Source: Candidatus Omnitrophota bacterium
GTDB taxonomy: Bacteria; Omnitrophota; Gorgyraeia; 2-02-FULL-51-18
Assembly: GCA_023247915.1 (NCBI GenBank)
Contig: JAHFFN010000002.1
Coordinates: forward strand, 1,202-65,201
Length of the DNA: 64,000 nt
Direction: 5' to 3'
Shown: positions 27,001-29,117 of the stretch, piece after piece
Position numbering within the stretch: position 1 is the stretch's first letter
Layout of the letters: every line of letters begins with the position of its first letter
Made by a program: the position numbers and the translations under genes
The notes under the pieces: model-generated
Database searches by the model: none
The model's input: only the letters and a program-made list of their open reading frames with translations
Told to the model about the DNA's origin: nothing

Positions 27001-29117
27001 TGACCAGCCTCACCGGCAGAAAATCAATTTATTCCATGACCGTGCCCTTTGTCCCGGTGGACAACCCTCTTCCGCTTCATCTATCGGAAGCGATTCAACA
27101 CATCCGGAATAACCCCACCAACCCGGAACAAGCCGTCAAAGATCTGATCAGTTTATCGACAGGCGAGGCTAGACAAGTGTTTACCAATGGTTCTTTGCCG
27201 GCGATCATTGGTTTTATTGCGTTTGTGTCACCCAAATCACTCAGCAAAATCCGAAATTGGAATCCAGAAATCGTCGATTATTTACAAACACAAATAAACC
27301 TTGAAGATTTGATAGAGGTGTTTGTTCAGGGCAAAATAACCTCTTATCAGACAACCAAGCCCAACACCGGCATTGCGCTATCCCGTAATCTGCCGGACGG
27401 AAGAAAAGTATTTGGGGTGTTTAATTTTGCTCCTCAAAATGATCAAATTGTGGATGGAAAAGCTTGGTTTGAGGTGTTGCAGACACCCGAGCAATTACTT
27501 CCTCAAGGCCAAGAATTGATAGCACATAAGACCTACAATTGGGTCGAAGGCAAGTTTTATGACTCTTTTCATACATTTGAGAGCTTAAGGCAAAATCGCT
27601 GGCGCATTGGAGTTCCCGTGGAATTGATGACGGGCGAGAGACCTTGGCATTTCCAATGGCTTGAATTCAGACCCGCTCCTACAAATGGAGCCGCCGCCCG
27701 TCTTGCAGGCTTGGGTAATCTGGTAGCAGGCGTTGTTGGAATTTCCATTCTTCTTGGGGAGTGGGTGGCAGAACAATTAGCCAAGCAAACTCAAAAAGTG
27801 ACTGCCCAGAAAACTCAGCCCACGGTTGAGATACAAACGGCGCCCATTCAACAGATTTCAAAAATTGTGGTGGGGATTGTTCAGAAAGAAGGAATGCCTT
27901 TTGAACACCAGGAACACACCATTACCCAATGGCTCAGAGACCCCATGAATCATAGCGAAGAGTTTGCCGAGCAATTTCAGTTTGTTCGTGTTGACGATAC
28001 GGATGCGGCGAAGCGGGCATTTGTGGAACAACATCAAAACGCGCTGGCGGTTGTGCAGATTAATGTGCCGGCTAGTGAGGAAAACAGAGGTGAAATCCTC
28101 GAGCTTTTGATGAAAGCTTTTAGTGCTCGCCAAGAAAAATTAACCAGACAGTTGGCTCAGGCGGACGTTGTTTTGAAATTTTTAAGCGAAAACATTCAAA
28201 ATCCTAAGCATCATCTTCCAATCAGCATTTTACGTTCAGAGCTTCTGGCGTTATCTCGTCAATTCCCAGAACCACGTCCTTATCGTCAGGTTTATAACCA
28301 TGGAATTGTGTTGGTGAATGGTTCTTCTGAAGTGAAAGTGAGAGCTTCCGCTGAAAACGTCGCCCGTTCCATTAGCGGAGGGTTAACTGCTTCGGACGAA
28401 ACCGAAGCGCTTTCAACCATTCTTTCTGTGACGGAACAGATCGCCGATCAGGCTCAGTCGGGTGTTGGCGGCGCCAAAGGCCAGGGAAGTGAATGGATCG
28501 TTAAATTAATTAAATCCGTTCGTTCTGAGATTGAAAGAATGACCTCTGAATTTGCGGCTCCTGCGAATGGCGGCGTGTACACCTTGGTCACGCACGATAG
28601 CTTGTTTGCCGATGGCGCTAACTATGCCAAAGAAATCAAACGCTTTAAAGATGAAATTAAAGCCAAGCAAGATCGTGGGCAACTTCGAAATGTGACATTC
28701 CGCCACGTGCTCTTAATCACCGATGCGGATAAAGCCTATCTTTCCGGGAAGCTCCAAGGTCAATTTGATGAGGTAGTGATGGCTATTGGAGTGACCGATG
28801 TTGCTGAAATCCGCCAACATTACGGCACGATGCTGGGTAATCATTTTGTGATTGAGTCCGCTTCCGGTTCTCATGGTTTAACGATCGAAGCGTCCGATAA
28901 ACAAGCAGTGATAATCCAGCTTAAAGCCGGTGCCTCGTCTTACAAGATGCATAATGCCACCGCCGCGATTGCCTTGAAACCGAATGCGCAAGAGATTCAT
29001 TTCCCAGGTCTTTCAGGATCGGGCAATAGCTTTATATTCGAAGGTATTTTCACAAGAATCATGGAGTTGGTACGAAAGGCGCAGGACAACCTGACGACGG
29101 TTGGAAGCTCGGCCTAA
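24..29117 (+). CDS. giant multidomain envelope-spanning protein (9,697 aa); proposed trans-envelope glycan synthesis/export protein
   Basis: A single frame runs 29,094 nt with no stop. Every other-frame ORF inside it is under 240 aa and looks like an antisense or low-complexity shadow. Recognisable family motifs occur in this frame along its whole length (see sub-features). The start is GTG at 24 or ATG at 30. Codons 3-23 (GAA GCT AAG CTA AGA CAT TAT) contain no in-frame stop, so the true start could lie upstream of the window. Confidence 0.9.
   Translation: [9697 protein letters not shown]
36..110 (+). other. N-terminal signal-anchor helix of the giant protein with TonB/TolA-like S-x3-H-x6-L signature
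   Basis: The translation reads [29 protein letters not shown], a short basic N-terminus followed by a hydrophobic helix. S14 (nt 63-65), H18 (75-77) and L25 (96-98) match three of the four positions of the SHLS motif of TonB/TolA anchors; the fourth position is Leu29. Confidence 0.5.
1080..1580 (+). repeat. Ala/Glu/Lys-rich low-complexity helical tract (TolA domain II-like) inside the giant CDS; a second tract lies at ~2210-2650
   Basis: The translation reads [65 protein letters not shown]...[15 protein letters not shown]/AAR codon periodicity also generates spurious Ala/Ser-rich antisense ORFs (1079-1522, 1092-1319, 1338-1544). Confidence 0.7.
3260..7080 (+). other. array of roughly six TolC / outer-membrane efflux protein (OEP)-like repeats inside the giant CDS
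   Basis: Successive ~170-240-aa segments each show a short beta-like Gly/aromatic stretch followed by long heptad-like helices typical of OEP repeats. Examples are [31 protein letters not shown]...[42 protein letters not shown] and [44 protein letters not shown]...IKERFGL. Approximate segment starts are nt 3260, 3900, 4380, 5090, 5630 and 6340. Counted by eye only. Confidence 0.5.
10068..10607 (+). repeat. 2 x 270-nt (90-aa) in-frame tandem repeat inside the giant CDS
   Basis: Unit 1 (10068-10337) reads [83 protein letters not shown]. Unit 2 (10338-10607) reads [83 protein letters not shown]. The period is exactly 270 nt. Confidence 0.85.
12387..12446 (+). other. second transmembrane helix of the giant protein (return to the cytoplasm)
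   Basis: [20 protein letters not shown] is followed immediately by HIRRKGQ (positive-inside rule). No convincing hydrophobic helix is seen between aa ~90 and this point. Confidence 0.7.
13690..16230 (+). other. polytopic GT48 (FKS1 / callose synthase)-like glucan synthase module: TM cluster, ~500-aa cytoplasmic catalytic region, TM cluster
   Basis: The TM clusters lie at ~13690-14330 and ~15880-16230. The central region carries [36 protein letters not shown] (15328-15445), [13 protein letters not shown] (from 15614), PSEDIIFG (15687-15707) and GKSRPTS (~15763). These are collinear with the remembered GT48 blocks [37 protein letters not shown] / [12 protein letters not shown] / LSEDIFAG / GKGRDVG. 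The comparison is from memory, not computed. Confidence 0.5.
17180..18540 (+). repeat. six to seven degenerate ~70-90-aa protein repeats inside the giant CDS
   Basis: The recurring core is D-x-x-G-x-[LF]-R-[TA]-x-x-[EQ]-[IL]-[ILV]-D. Instances are [57 protein letters not shown] and [19 protein letters not shown]. Weaker copies are [37 protein letters not shown] and [18 protein letters not shown]. Confidence 0.55.
18700..19700 (+). other. fucokinase-N-type NDP-sugar pyrophosphorylase-like domain 1 (degenerate) with left-handed beta-helix tail
   Basis: [18 protein letters not shown] resembles the DP..riGSGGATLnAL block, and [11 protein letters not shown] resembles the vwV.stD.ll block. A hexapeptide-like run follows: [32 protein letters not shown]. 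The glycine-rich GG.s.R.P block is not conserved ([11 protein letters not shown]). Confidence 0.45.
20330..21700 (+). other. UDPGP-family UTP-sugar-1-phosphate uridylyltransferase (UGPase-like) domain
   Basis: [11 protein letters not shown] (20375-20405) matches the LNGGLGTSMG block. [13 protein letters not shown] matches P.[18 protein letters not shown] matches fvsN.DNLga.vD. [14 protein letters not shown] (21049-21090) matches t.Kt.aD.KGG. Confidence 0.6.
22640..23500 (+). other. GDP-L-galactose / GDP-D-glucose phosphorylase (VTC2/GDPGP1)-like HIT-superfamily domain
   Basis: [23 protein letters not shown] (22851-22900) and [21 protein letters not shown] (22995-23057) are collinear with the remembered VTC2 blocks INVSPIEYGHVLLIP....LPQ and GYNSLGAFATINHLHFQAYY. 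The first His of H-x-H-x-Q is Asn here; the second (nucleophile) His is retained. Confidence 0.65.
23680..24990 (+). other. fucokinase-N-type GDP-sugar pyrophosphorylase-like domain 2 with left-handed beta-helix tail
   Basis: Matching blocks are [21 protein letters not shown]...VVLVMADP...[38 protein letters not shown] and [11 protein letters not shown]. A hexapeptide-like run follows: [39 protein letters not shown]. Confidence 0.6.
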
